A DNA stretch of 64,000 bases from an uncultured virus (IMG/VR IMGVR_UViG_3300029705_000096) (Duplodnaviria; Heunggongvirae; Uroviricota; Caudoviricetes), in IMG/VR virus record IMGVR_UViG_3300029705_000096; one strand, 5' to 3'. Both the position numbers and the translations under genes were made by a program. Shown here piece after piece: positions 48,065-58,386 of this stretch. Below the pieces are notes generated by a model that ran no database searches, was not told the origin of the DNA, and was given only the letters and a program-made list of their open reading frames with translations. How positions within the stretch are numbered: position 1 is the first letter of the stretch; each line of letters begins with the position of its first letter.

Positions 48065-50470
48065 ATGACCCTAGCAGAATTTATTAACGTTGTTGGCTTC
48101 AAAGTCAAAGACGGCGATATAAGTAAAGTAAACAACTCGATCAATACTATAAAAAACACAGCGCAAAAGGCTTTAGGTGCTATAGGAATATCCCTTTCGA
48201 TTGCAGGGATTACGAGCGTTATAAAGGATTGTGTTTCCCTCGCGTCTGAAGCCGAGGAAATGCAAAACAAGTTTGATGTCGTGTTCCAAGGCATGAACGA
48301 AACCGTAGAGGAATGGGCGAAAAACTACTCAGATGCAATAGGTCGAAATGCAAATGACATAAAAACCTACATGGCAGATATGCAAAATCTGGTTGTAGGT
48401 TTCATGGGAACTGATATGAGACAAGAAGCCTATGAGCTTACTCAGTCTATGACAACCCTGGCTTTAGATCTGGCATCCTTCAACAACATAGACGAGGGTA
48501 TTGCTGTAAACGCAATGCAAAAGGCGGTTATGGGCGAATCGGAAGCAGCGAAAACAATCGGTGCTGTCCTCAATGATGTTACACGAGCCGAAGCTATGCA
48601 TCAGCTTGGGCTTAAAGGAAAGTACGACGCCTTGGATCAAGCGACCAAGATGATGGTCAATTACCAAGCAATTCTACTTCAAAGCACTGATGCCGTTGGA
48701 GATTGTGAACGAAGTCTTGGTTCATACAGAAGCACCTTAATTGCATTTCAATCCAAACTCAAAGAGATTAAAACTATAGTTGGTCAATTTTTCATGCCAA
48801 CTGCACAGAAAATACTCCAAATTGGCACGAAAGGACTTACCGTCGTTCGCAATTGGGTTCAGAATATAAGTGATTTTGCGGAAGAACTAGGAGGAGCGCA
48901 CAGAATAATCACGATTATCGGCGGTGCTCTAGCGGGAATGTTGTTGGTACGAAACCTCGGCAAAGTAGCAGCTTTAGTGAAAGTTGTTGTCGGGCTTCTT
49001 TCTCCCGCCAAGCTTCTTATCGCTGCCATTGCTGCAGCATTTACTCTTGTGGCTCTAGTCGTAGAGGATTTCTTTGCATTTGTTCAGGGTAAAGACAGCT
49101 TGTTTGGTGATTCCTTGAAGAAAGCAGGAATTGATCTCGCCCAATTCCGCACATCTATTTTACTGTTGAAAAATCGCCTTAAAGATGCATTTGGAGGAAT
49201 CAAGGATTTTGCTGGTGAAATAGGAACGGGTCTATTTAATGCGCTCCAACAAATTCTGCCGATCATTGTAGATTTCGTTGTTGCAAAAGGTCCCGGAATC
49301 ATTGACATCATAAAGAAAGTTGCGCCGCTTATCGGAAATCTTGCAAGTGGCAAGCTCTCGATGCTTTTTAGTGTTGCAAAAAAATTGTTGCCCGTTGTTG
49401 CAAACGTAGCAAAGACCCTTAGCGGACATCTCGTAAACGCAATTTCGACACTTATTCCGTTCATAGGAAATCTTGCTTCCAGTCTGGGCGGATTTTTATT
49501 AGAAGCAATACAGACATTGCTGCCTCCACTGGTTGAGTTTGCGATGAGTATTCTTCCGGTGATTCTTTCGTGTGTAAACGCTATTCTGCCTGTGATTCTT
49601 GAGTTCGCACAAGCTGCACTGCCCATAATCATAGACCTTATAAACCAGCTTCTTCCGGTTCTTCTTCAGATCATAGAGGCGGTTCTTCCTGTGTTGTTAT
49701 CCTGTATAGAGCAGCTTCTTCCTATCATTCTTCAGCTTGTTCAAGAACTACTTCCGATTATATTGGAAGTCATAATGATGATTCTGCCACTGCTGGTTCA
49801 GGTCATTGAGGCAATATTGCCGGCAATCATGTCGTTCATCGAGGAACTTCTTCCTCTTGTCAGTCCACTGATTGAGATAATTGCAAATCTAGCATCTTCT
49901 ATTCTGCCTGTCATCATCACCTTGCTTGAGTCAATTTTGCCGATTCTCGAACCGATTCTCGGCATACTTCAGCCAATTGCAGATGTACTGGCTGTAATAA
50001 TTGATGCTCTCGGAAAGGTTGCTGGAGGTATAGCAACAGGGATTCAATGGCTTGTTGATGCTGTGACTGGCGGTGGAAGTGACACAGACGCTTCCAGCAC
50101 AGTCCCCGGATATGCTGTTGGTACAGATTATTCAGAGGATACATTTGTCGCAGGCGAAAATGGGCCGGAACTCATAACAGGACAAAGAGGCAAAAAAGTT
50201 TTTACCGCCCTCCAAACAGGAAGTATATTTGCTACAGCCAAGGAAGTAATATCTGCGGCGATCGCTCTGTCAAATATTAGAACAGCTCGGCCAGCAACGG
50301 CTGCAAACGTTACAAGTTCTCAATCCACCAGAAATGTATTCCAAAATGTATCAATTAGCAATCAGTTTAATGGAGACAAGGCAATCCAGCGTCAGGCAGC
50401 TAACACCATGGGAAAATCTGCAAATGACATAACAAGAGAGCTGGCTCGTGGATTGGCGTATGCAAGATAG
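48065..50470 (+). CDS. Tape measure protein
   Basis: Follows the chaperones; LALDLASFNN motif and about 11-aa amphipathic repeats (LLPIILQLVQE). Confidence 0.92.
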   Translation: MTLAEFINVVGFKVKDGDISKVNNSINTIKNTAQKALGAIGISLSIAGITSVIKDCVSLASEAEEMQNKFDVVFQGMNETVEEWAKNYSDAIGRNANDIKTYMADMQNLVVGFMGTDMRQEAYELTQSMTTLALDLASFNNIDEGIAVNAMQKAVMGESEAAKTIGAVLNDVTRAEAMHQLGLKGKYDALDQATKMMVNYQAILLQSTDAVGDCERSLGSYRSTLIAFQSKLKEIKTIVGQFFMPTAQKILQIGTKGLTVVRNWVQNISDFAEELGGAHRIITIIGGALAGMLLVRNLGKVAALVKVVVGLLSPAKLLIAAIAAAFTLVALVVEDFFAFVQGKDSLFGDSLKKAGIDLAQFRTSILLLKNRLKDAFGGIKDFAGEIGTGLFNALQQILPIIVDFVVAKGPGIIDIIKKVAPLIGNLASGKLSMLFSVAKKLLPVVANVAKTLSGHLVNAISTLIPFIGNLASSLGGFLLEAIQTLLPPLVEFAMSILPVILSCVNAILPVILEFAQAALPIIIDLINQLLPVLLQIIEAVLPVLLSCIEQLLPIILQLVQELLPIILEVIMMILPLLVQVIEAILPAIMSFIEELLPLVSPLIEIIANLASSILPVIITLLESILPILEPILGILQPIADVLAVIIDALGKVAGGIATGIQWLVDAVTGGGSDTDASSTVPGYAVGTDYSEDTFVAGENGPELITGQRGKKVFTALQTGSIFATAKEVISAAIALSNIRTARPATAANVTSSQSTRNVFQNVSISNQFNGDKAIQRQAANTMGKSANDITRELARGLAYAR

Positions 50471-50478
50471 GTGATAAA

Positions 50479-51123
50479 ATGGCAAAAGCAAAAAGACCAG
50501 TAACAGTAGCCGGAATACAATTCGATGCACTTATTAGTGAAGAAAGATCGTTGACAGCAACTGTACCAACATATTCTGTCGAGTCTGGGTTTTGTGTAAG
50601 CGACGCCATCATTCTAGAGCCTGAGACATTGTCTATGGTGCTATTTCTCACCGATACCCCAGTGACTTGGAGAAGAAACGGTGGGCGTGGAAAGACGGAG
50701 AGGATTGTTAGCCAACTCGAAGAACTGTATTATTCTGCTTATCCTGTAACCATCGTTACTTCGGATAAGACATATACGAACATGGCAATTACAAGCCTTG
50801 GACTAAACAAAAGCACAGAGATTGGCTACGCAAGAGAGATTCCGATTGAATTTCAAAAAATTCGAATAACTACCGCTTCAACGACGACAATCCCTGACTC
50901 CTATGGAAAAAGCGGAACAACAGGAGCGCAAGCCGGAACAGCAAGCGTTACTACTGAGTCAACTTCGCCCTCGACCGGGGCAAGTACATCCGCAAGAGAC
51001 ACAGAAACAACCGTTTCAGAAAACGGTCAATCTATAGCAAGAAATATCACACAGATGACCGTTACTGAAACAAAATATCATAATGCACAGGATGTGCTGT
51101 GGGAGAAACGGAATGGATTATAG
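50479..51123 (+). CDS. Baseplate/tube-initiator protein
   Basis: FDALISE…VESG…SDAI…YTNMAI; follows the tape measure gene. Confidence 0.75.
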   Translation: MAKAKRPVTVAGIQFDALISEERSLTATVPTYSVESGFCVSDAIILEPETLSMVLFLTDTPVTWRRNGGRGKTERIVSQLEELYYSAYPVTIVTSDKTYTNMAITSLGLNKSTEIGYAREIPIEFQKIRITTASTTTIPDSYGKSGTTGAQAGTASVTTESTSPSTGASTSARDTETTVSENGQSIARNITQMTVTETKYHNAQDVLWEKRNGL

Positions 51124-51430
51124 TTTCATCGAAGTTCCTGATATGAATGATAGCATTTCCCGCATCGTCCTTTCTGGGACACCATACCAGATCCGGTTTA
51201 CCTACAACGATACCGGAGACTACTGGAAATTTGGGTTGCTCAACACTCTCGGAGAGCCGATTATTCAAGGAATGAAAATCGTCCCGAGATTCCCGCTAAA
51301 TATTTTTTACACCGTTGCCAAGATTCCAGCCGGAATATTTGGTGTCAGAACAAAACTCGAACGCATTGGTCGCAATGACTTCAAAAACGGAAACGCAAGC
51401 TTCATATTTTGCCCTATCGACATTGGGTAA
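51113..51430 (+). CDS. Small baseplate protein
   Basis: Position; YQIRFTYN…W…G. Confidence 0.65.
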   Translation: MDYSFIEVPDMNDSISRIVLSGTPYQIRFTYNDTGDYWKFGLLNTLGEPIIQGMKIVPRFPLNIFYTVAKIPAGIFGVRTKLERIGRNDFKNGNASFIFCPIDIG

Positions 51431-51442
51431 AACCTCTGCTTC

Positions 51443-51550
51443 GGAATTTCCGTGGAATTTCCGTGGAATTTCCCGCGACTTTCCACGGAAATTCCGGCGC
51501 AACCGTAACCGTAACCGTAACCGTAACCAATATACCGTAACTATATATAG
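51443..51550 (+). repeat. Iteron-like element, copy 2
   Basis: GGAATTTCCGT x2 plus three variants, (AACCGT)4, AT-rich tail. Confidence 0.85.
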
Positions 51551-51628
51551 ATTCTGCGCTAATGCGTGTTTTTTATGAAATTGCAGAATGACCATTGCAA
51601 TGGTTTGTGATAGATAAGAGGTGAGAGA

Positions 51629-52492
51629 ATGGCAGGTCTTGAGAATTTTGATCGGCAATATCGTCTGTCTGCCGGCAAGGCCGGGGGCACAGGATTTGAG
51701 ATCGGCGGAGAAAAGCCTGTTCCGCTGCACATAGATTTCTCTGTGGAAAGAACCGACCAAGAAACACAGAACACCGCCACTCTCAGCATTTGGAACCTCA
51801 ATGATGCCCATTTGGCAGCTCTTGAAGAAAAAGACTGTGTTGTGGCACTTAGAGCAGGATACGGGAACCGTATGCCTCTAATTTTTTCCGGAATCGTAAC
51901 TCAAGCAGTAACTTCGAATGATGGCGCAGACAGAAAAACTGAGCTTGACATAGTAGACAACCTTGTGGAGATCCGAGACACCTATGTAAGCCTCTCGTAC
52001 AACGGGACTGTCAATTGGAAAACAATTTTTGATGATGTTTCTTCCCAGATGGGTGTCGCCATCTCCTACTCCTACAATGCCGAGTTTGTCGATATTCCGA
52101 ATGGATTTAGCTTTGTTGGTATGGCTAGAGACATAATGACCAAGGGCTGCGCTTGCTGCGGTCTTGTTTGGAGTCTCCAGAATGGGGTCATGCAAGTGAA
52201 AAAGCCCGGGGATGTAATGTCCAAGGAAGTCTATGTTCTGTCCCCGGAAACTGGACTGCTTGGTATTCCCGCCCGAATCACGGAAGCGTCCGACAAGTCT
52301 GACGAAAAAAATACAATCGGCTGGGATGTCGAGTATTTTATGAACGGCGCAATCAACATAGATGACTATGTTAAGCTTGAGAGCAAAATGGTGACTGGGT
52401 ATTTCCGCGTCTATTCGTTAAGCATTTCTGGCGATAATGTTTCTGGCGACTGGATATGCAAGGCCCGACTGAAAGAGGTGAAGGAATCATGA
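51629..52492 (+). CDS. Baseplate hub protein
   Basis: IWNLN…LRAGYG…IFSG…WSLQNG…LSPETGLLGIP. Confidence 0.8.
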   Translation: MAGLENFDRQYRLSAGKAGGTGFEIGGEKPVPLHIDFSVERTDQETQNTATLSIWNLNDAHLAALEEKDCVVALRAGYGNRMPLIFSGIVTQAVTSNDGADRKTELDIVDNLVEIRDTYVSLSYNGTVNWKTIFDDVSSQMGVAISYSYNAEFVDIPNGFSFVGMARDIMTKGCACCGLVWSLQNGVMQVKKPGDVMSKEVYVLSPETGLLGIPARITEASDKSDEKNTIGWDVEYFMNGAINIDDYVKLESKMVTGYFRVYSLSISGDNVSGDWICKARLKEVKES

Positions 52493-53085
52493 TGCAGGAG
52501 TTTGTCCAAGAGATTACCAACACTGTCAATCAGTCTTTGAAGGGCGTCCATACAGCAATGCCTGGTACTATCGTCTCATACGATCCCGGAAGCGGAACGG
52601 CAACAGTGAAGCCGGCGATGAAGTTCAGGAAGCCAGATGGAACAACTATCGACTATCCGCAGATCTCTGGTGTCCCTGTTTCCATTTCTCAGGGATCTGG
52701 TGGTCAGGCAACAGTTGCTATCCCCATCAAAGGCGGAGACGGATGCATGATCGTAGTTTCCGAGCAATCTCTCGATTATTGGATGTATGGACAGGAAACC
52801 CCCACTGATCTGCCCTTCGACATGAGCAACGCCATGTGTATTCCGGGTCTTGCTCCTGCTGCGAATGCTGCCATGCAGAAAGCATGTGCTGAAAACTGCA
52901 TTGTGATAACGGCCGGAGGAGCAACAACCGTCAAAGTAAAAGGGGACGAAGTTGAGATCGAAGCTCCTTCCGTCAACATGAAATCGCCACAGGTGAAAAT
53001 AGAAGGTTCTCTGGAGGTAGGGAGCGGAATGACTGTCAGTGGTGGGTTGTCTGTAGAGGGAGGCATTGAAGAAACCTTGAAGTGA
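52489..53085 (+). CDS. Baseplate spike (Gp138/gpV-like)
   Basis: HTAMPG…VPV…PIKGGD…FDMSNAMCIPG; beta-helix-like C-terminus. Confidence 0.85.
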   Translation: MMQEFVQEITNTVNQSLKGVHTAMPGTIVSYDPGSGTATVKPAMKFRKPDGTTIDYPQISGVPVSISQGSGGQATVAIPIKGGDGCMIVVSEQSLDYWMYGQETPTDLPFDMSNAMCIPGLAPAANAAMQKACAENCIVITAGGATTVKVKGDEVEIEAPSVNMKSPQVKIEGSLEVGSGMTVSGGLSVEGGIEETLK

Positions 53086-53224
53086 TCGCCCTACAATTCG
53101 CTTCACAGCCGCCCAAATTGCCTCTAACGGGACTTTTTGGCAGACATCAACTTACAAACAAAGCAAAGAAACTCCGACCTCACAAGACACAGTGGGTTCT
53201 CAGCTTATAAACAAAGGGAGGACA

Positions 53225-53581
53225 ATGATGGCCGATATTAGGTTGAACAAAGATGGCGATATCGACGTGTCGAAGACAGGTGACATCTACCTCACAAACA
53301 GCGTTCGACAGGCGATCCTGATTAAATTGAGATGGATTTATGGCGAATGGCGGCTCGGTCCAGAATTAGGTTTCCCTTGGTTTGAACAGGTCTTCATTAA
53401 GAACCCGAACACAGATGCGATCAAGGGTTTACTTCGAGAAAAGATCCTTCAGGTAGAAGGAGTAGATGCGGCGATTGTAACAGAGGTCGAATATAGCCGT
53501 GAAAAAAGATCTGCAACCTTCCGCTACACCGTAACGGTAGGGGAGGAAGTGTTCAAGGAAGAGGTGACGCTTTATGAGTGA
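53225..53581 (+). CDS. Baseplate wedge/sheath initiator
   Basis: VRQAILIKL…GEW…GFPW…VEGV. Confidence 0.8.
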   Translation: MMADIRLNKDGDIDVSKTGDIYLTNSVRQAILIKLRWIYGEWRLGPELGFPWFEQVFIKNPNTDAIKGLLREKILQVEGVDAAIVTEVEYSREKRSATFRYTVTVGEEVFKEEVTLYE

Positions 53582-55016
53582 ATATGGGCTTACACCGAAA
53601 GGGCCGAATATCAAAAGACTTGATGAGATCATTGAGTCCTTGCATAAGAACCTCTCAGAGCGGTGGGGTGTCAATACCCGTCAGAACCCCGAGTCTCTGA
53701 TAAATCATGTTTTGACAAATGTTGCCGATCAGATCGCAGAATTGTGGGAGTTTGGAGAGAGTGTTTATTATTCTCAGTATCCTGCCACAGCGGAAGGCAT
53801 CAATCTGGATAATGCTGCTCAGTACGGCGGCTCCACGAGAGAGCCGGCGGCGAAATCCTATTACCCCATCCACTGCACAGGCAAAGATGGAACGGTCCTT
53901 GCAGCAGGAACGATCATTGCCTCTACCACGAATCCGACAACACAGCTGTCTCTTGCCGAGAGCCGGACCATATCGAGATCTGCTTTCAATAAAGCTGCGA
54001 TAAAAGTGGCATCCCTGCAAACGGGAAATCCGTACATAGTAATCATCAACAACAAAGACTACCGGCATACAGCTGGAACCCTCAGTGCTCTTGAAATTCT
54101 GAATGGGTTGGCCGAAGAAATGGGCAATGACTTCACCGTCAGCGTAGATACCGAGAACGAGCTGCTGAATATCGAAGCTGACGCAGGAACAACAAACGAC
54201 TTGACTCTTTCAGAGAATCTGACCACAGAAACCGTCACATCAATCATCACGTTCGGCACTGTCGAAACAGGAAACATTCTGCTTCCGGACGGAGTCATTA
54301 CGAATATCGTAAAGGCAGATGCCGGCCTCCAAAGCGTTGTAAATGTCAGCGGCTACATTGCGGGACGAGATGAAGAAAGTGACGCAGAGTTCCGGATGTC
54401 ATATGCAGATAAGATTTTCAACCGATCCAAGACAATGCTTGACACCATACGCAGTGCGATTTTGAACAACGTACAAGGCGTCGCTAGTGTTGCTACATAC
54501 GAGAACGATAGCGACATTACCGACGAATATGGCCGTCCCCCTCACAGCATCGAAATCGTTGTTGATGGAGGAGACAACTACGAAATTGCACAGCAAATAT
54601 TCGCAAACAAAGCCGCAGGCATTTCCACACATGGAAATGAAGAAGTGACTATAGTAGGTTCCTATGATGAAAATTTCACTATCAAGTTCAGCCGCCCCGA
54701 GATTGTCTATGTGTGGTTCCATCTGAAATTGGAGCGAAATTCTTCTCAGAGCATTCCGGACAATTACGAAGAACTACTGCGATCGGTTGTAACAAAAAAT
54801 ATGGAGAATTTGGACGCAGGAACCGATGTGGTTCCCATGCGCTTCATGACCGAACTTTACGATGCTTTCTCAGGCATCAACTACATCGACATTACATTGA
54901 CAGCAACCTCGAACAAAGAAAAACCGAGCGTGTACACAGCTCGAAGCCAAGCAATTACAGCTAGACAGAGAGCCTTCACCAGCGAAGACATGATAACGGT
55001 GGATTTCTATGAGTAA
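53574..55016 (+). CDS. Baseplate J-like protein
   Basis: AEGINLD…GRDEESDAEFR…PPHSIEIVVDGG…KAAGIST. Confidence 0.92.
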   Translation: MSEYGLTPKGPNIKRLDEIIESLHKNLSERWGVNTRQNPESLINHVLTNVADQIAELWEFGESVYYSQYPATAEGINLDNAAQYGGSTREPAAKSYYPIHCTGKDGTVLAAGTIIASTTNPTTQLSLAESRTISRSAFNKAAIKVASLQTGNPYIVIINNKDYRHTAGTLSALEILNGLAEEMGNDFTVSVDTENELLNIEADAGTTNDLTLSENLTTETVTSIITFGTVETGNILLPDGVITNIVKADAGLQSVVNVSGYIAGRDEESDAEFRMSYADKIFNRSKTMLDTIRSAILNNVQGVASVATYENDSDITDEYGRPPHSIEIVVDGGDNYEIAQQIFANKAAGISTHGNEEVTIVGSYDENFTIKFSRPEIVYVWFHLKLERNSSQSIPDNYEELLRSVVTKNMENLDAGTDVVPMRFMTELYDAFSGINYIDITLTATSNKEKPSVYTARSQAITARQRAFTSEDMITVDFYE

Positions 55017-55671
55017 TAGATATGTTGTAAATCTCCAAAGTGATCTGCTTGAGCAATTTCGAGGAAAGCCGAATATCGAGGCTCTTGTTGAGGTAATTGG
55101 CGTTGAACTCCAAGAAGTGTATGATTTTTTCTCTCAACTCCTGATCGAGCGAGACATCAAGGTCGCAGTCGGAAAACAGCTGGACGGAATAGGCAGCATT
55201 GCAGACATGACCCGCAGCGAGGCGATTGCTCTTGCAAGAGACGCCAATTACCCCTATACCGATGAAGATGAGATGTATCGAGTATTCCTACTCTACAAAA
55301 TCTTCGTCAACACGGCAAAGGGGACATATGCCGATGTTCTAAGATCCATCCACATGTTATGGGAAGGAACACTGACATATGAGGAGGATGCAACAGTTCC
55401 TGCGACCATTATCCTGAATTTTGAGCGGTTTAATGGGCTTGATATTCAGAGACTTCTAAAGGTGCCCATTGTCAAACCTGCAGGCGTTAGAATTCTTTTC
55501 CGAGCCACTGGTCGAAAGGATCATTCTTTCTATACTGCAGGAACAATCACACATAGCAAAAGAATAACCTACACCCAAGAAGAATACGACTTCTCTATCC
55601 CTGACATCCTCGTAGACGAAGACCAAAACCTTCTTCTTGATGAAAATGGTAATATCCTAACCGAAGGCTGA
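55009..55671 (+). CDS. Baseplate wedge protein (DUF2612-like)
   Basis: AVGKQLDGIG…YRVFL…KPAGV. Confidence 0.8.
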   Translation: MSNRYVVNLQSDLLEQFRGKPNIEALVEVIGVELQEVYDFFSQLLIERDIKVAVGKQLDGIGSIADMTRSEAIALARDANYPYTDEDEMYRVFLLYKIFVNTAKGTYADVLRSIHMLWEGTLTYEEDATVPATIILNFERFNGLDIQRLLKVPIVKPAGVRILFRATGRKDHSFYTAGTITHSKRITYTQEEYDFSIPDILVDEDQNLLLDENGNILTEG

Positions 55672-55688
55672 CAGGGAGGTAATGAAAT

Positions 55689-56750
55689 ATGTCCATATTC
55701 GTTGAAACTACCGACAGTGGCATCGGCTTGATGGTTCAGGCCCTGTTTGGAGACGCCACTATAGAGTTTACAAGGTTTGAATTCGGGAATGGGGACGTCC
55801 CCTCTGAACCCGAAAAGATGACCGAACTGGGCAACAAAATCTTTGAAAGCCCCGTTGTTGGTGAAATTGTTAAAGGCGAAAACTATGTCGATGTAGCAAC
55901 GAAATTCGACAACAGAAATGTATCGCACGATTTCACTCTCACGGAAATTGGAGTATTTGCTATCGATGTGGGCACTCAGGAAGAGGTGATGTTTGCTTAC
56001 ATTCATCTCGGCGACCAAGGCGAACCTGTTCTTAGCACTGCGGCAAATAAACTGGTTGAGAATGAGATTGTCGTTCGTATCATTATCGACAAAGCCATAA
56101 ACGTTACTGCTTCGGTTGCATCCACCATGTATGCATATCAAAAGGACTTTGATGACCACTTGAAAGACTACGACAATCCGCACAAGGTCACAAAAGCACA
56201 AATTGGGCTTGGTGAAGTTCCGAATACGCATCCCAAAGACACAGAGATTAAATTTACAGAAGCACAGGAAATCGGAAATATAATGTCAGGAGATACGATC
56301 GGAACTGTCTTCGGAAAAATTGCGGCTGCAATCAGAGCTTTGATTGCCCACATCGCAAACAAAAACAACCCGCATCAGATTACGCCCATGTCTATTGGTG
56401 CTGCTGGAGAAGGACACTCACACGCAACTTCCGACATTAAAACCGGCGTGCTTACTGTTTTGAGAGGTGGCACAGGGAAGAACAACTGGATAGCCAACAG
56501 AATTCTTTTCGCTGCTGCAAGCGATGAACTCGGCCAAATCAAGAATCCTGACAAAAAGTCTTTCCTCGTCCAAGGATCTAGTGGAGCACCATATTTTGAA
56601 GCCATTTCCGAGTTCGCCTTTTTCTCTACAGGAAAAGAAGCCCCTGATAGTACGAATATCTTGTGGATTGATACAACTCCTACTACCGGCGGACTTAAAT
56701 ACCACAACGGGACAGAATGGACACATGTGCCTGTTGCATATGTGCAGTAA
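55689..56750 (+). CDS. Tail fibre proximal protein
   Basis: N-terminal collar domain (EIGVFA…MFAY); DNPHKVTKAQIGL and NNPHQIT repeats; VLRGGTG. Confidence 0.8.
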   Translation: MSIFVETTDSGIGLMVQALFGDATIEFTRFEFGNGDVPSEPEKMTELGNKIFESPVVGEIVKGENYVDVATKFDNRNVSHDFTLTEIGVFAIDVGTQEEVMFAYIHLGDQGEPVLSTAANKLVENEIVVRIIIDKAINVTASVASTMYAYQKDFDDHLKDYDNPHKVTKAQIGLGEVPNTHPKDTEIKFTEAQEIGNIMSGDTIGTVFGKIAAAIRALIAHIANKNNPHQITPMSIGAAGEGHSHATSDIKTGVLTVLRGGTGKNNWIANRILFAAASDELGQIKNPDKKSFLVQGSSGAPYFEAISEFAFFSTGKEAPDSTNILWIDTTPTTGGLKYHNGTEWTHVPVAYVQ

Positions 56751-56759
56751 GGAGAGAAT

Positions 56760-57089
56760 ATGAAAACGCTTGTATTTGATATTCCGTATGATCTTTCCAG
56801 TTTGATAGAAATGCTCGATTATGAAACGGGAGCATTGAGAGAACTCCTTGCGTATGCAGCCTCCAAAGGGTTAGAGAACACTACTGCATATCAAAAGTGG
56901 GAACAGGACTACCACGCCACCTACAAAGAATTCCAGATTGCAAAACAAACTCTGCAGAATGATTATCTGCCCCGTGTCGTCGAAGGAACCGTTTTGAACT
57001 GGGAGCTGACTTACTCAACCAACTCGATCGAAGTACAAGTCTGTCAATGCGAGGGGGAGCAGAATGAAGAAGCACGAGTCGTTCTCTGA
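56760..57089 (+). CDS. Small protein associated with the CXXX-repeat radical SAM system
   Basis: Helical 109-aa ORF with a C-terminal W-x-L-x-Y strand; overlaps the rSAM start. Confidence 0.55.
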   Translation: MKTLVFDIPYDLSSLIEMLDYETGALRELLAYAASKGLENTTAYQKWEQDYHATYKEFQIAKQTLQNDYLPRVVEGTVLNWELTYSTNSIEVQVCQCEGEQNEEARVVL

Positions 57090-58383
57090 TAAGCTTGGAC
57101 GGATTTATCACCCGATTGATGCCGATGATACCTTCAAGGTAAACGATTGGAGAGCAAAAACAATCACATTTCAGATCACAGAGGAATGCAACCTGAATTG
57201 CTCCTATTGTTATCAGGGAGCGAAATCTCGAAACAGAATGAGTTTTGAGACAGCCAAAGAAATTGTAGACACCCTTTTGGCTGCAGACAGCAGGACGAAT
57301 CAATATATCACATCGGACAAAATCAGCGGTGTTATCTTGGATTTCATAGGTGGAGAGCCACTGCTCGAAGTAGATTTGATCGATCAAATCATGGACTATT
57401 TTCTGGAACAGGCGTTTTTGCTCAATCACCCTCTGGCGACCAGATATATGATCTGTATATCTTCGAATGGCACCTTGTATTTCACAGAAAGCGTACAGAG
57501 ATTTCTGGAAAAATGGGAAGGTCGAATCTCTTTTTCTGTTAGCGTTGATGGGAACAAGGAACTCCATGATTCCTGCAGAGTCTTTCCTGATGGGACTGGA
57601 AGTTATGACCTTGCAATTGCTGCAGCCAAAGACTACATGAACAAACATGGCTTCATAGGAAGTAAAATGACGATAGCTCCCGGAAATGTCATGCATGTAA
57701 GAAGTGCTGTAAACAGCCTGCTTCAGGAAGGGTATGACGAGATTTATCTGAACTGCGTTTTCGAAGAAGGGTGGGAGCTTTCTCATGCCCAAATTCTGTA
57801 CAGACAGCTCAGAGGACTGGCTGACGATTTGTTGGCTATGGAAAATCAACCCTATCTGTCCATATTTGACGAACACATCGGACACCCCATGAAGGAATCA
57901 GATAACCAAAACTGGTGCGGTGGGTGCGGAAGCATGCTTGCGGTCAATTGGAAAGGAGAATTCTTTCCTTGCCTCAGATACATGGGATCTAGCCTGAACG
58001 GAGCACAAGAGCCGTTCATAATCGGAGACCTTGAGAATGGGATTATGAATTTGCAGGAACACCGCGACAGGGTACAGGAACTCTCTGTCATCGACCGGAA
58101 GTCTCAAAGCACAGAGGAGTGCTGGAGCTGCCCCATCGCATCTGGATGTGCATGGTGTTCGGCATATAACTATCAGGTATATGGAACACCGAATAAAAGA
58201 GCGACCTTTATTTGCAAAATGCACCAGGCTAGAGTCTTAGCAAACGCATACTACTGGAACCTGATATACAAAAAAGAAAACATAGGAACACGGTACTTGT
58301 TAGATATTCCTGCTGATTGGGCTGTCGAAATAGTTGGCGAGAACGAATACGCTATGCTCAAATCTTTGGCGGAGGAGGTGTAG
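57064..58383 (+). CDS. Radical SAM/SPASM peptide maturase (CXXX-repeat target type)
   Basis: CNLNCSYC, FIGGEPLL, and SPASM cysteines WCGG…FPC…CWSCPIASGCAWC…ICKMH. Confidence 0.92.
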   Translation: MKKHESFSDKLGRIYHPIDADDTFKVNDWRAKTITFQITEECNLNCSYCYQGAKSRNRMSFETAKEIVDTLLAADSRTNQYITSDKISGVILDFIGGEPLLEVDLIDQIMDYFLEQAFLLNHPLATRYMICISSNGTLYFTESVQRFLEKWEGRISFSVSVDGNKELHDSCRVFPDGTGSYDLAIAAAKDYMNKHGFIGSKMTIAPGNVMHVRSAVNSLLQEGYDEIYLNCVFEEGWELSHAQILYRQLRGLADDLLAMENQPYLSIFDEHIGHPMKESDNQNWCGGCGSMLAVNWKGEFFPCLRYMGSSLNGAQEPFIIGDLENGIMNLQEHRDRVQELSVIDRKSQSTEECWSCPIASGCAWCSAYNYQVYGTPNKRATFICKMHQARVLANAYYWNLIYKKENIGTRYLLDIPADWAVEIVGENEYAMLKSLAEEV

Positions 58384-58386
58384 TAG

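Noticed and set aside
49250..50000. Leu/Ile/Pro-rich periodic region as a separate repeat system
   Set aside because: These are ordinary 11-residue tape-measure repeats.
51296..51811. ORFs with RLRLRL/RNRNRN runs (also 1972-2157)
   Set aside because: These are translations of the AACCGT DNA repeat in the iteron-like elements.
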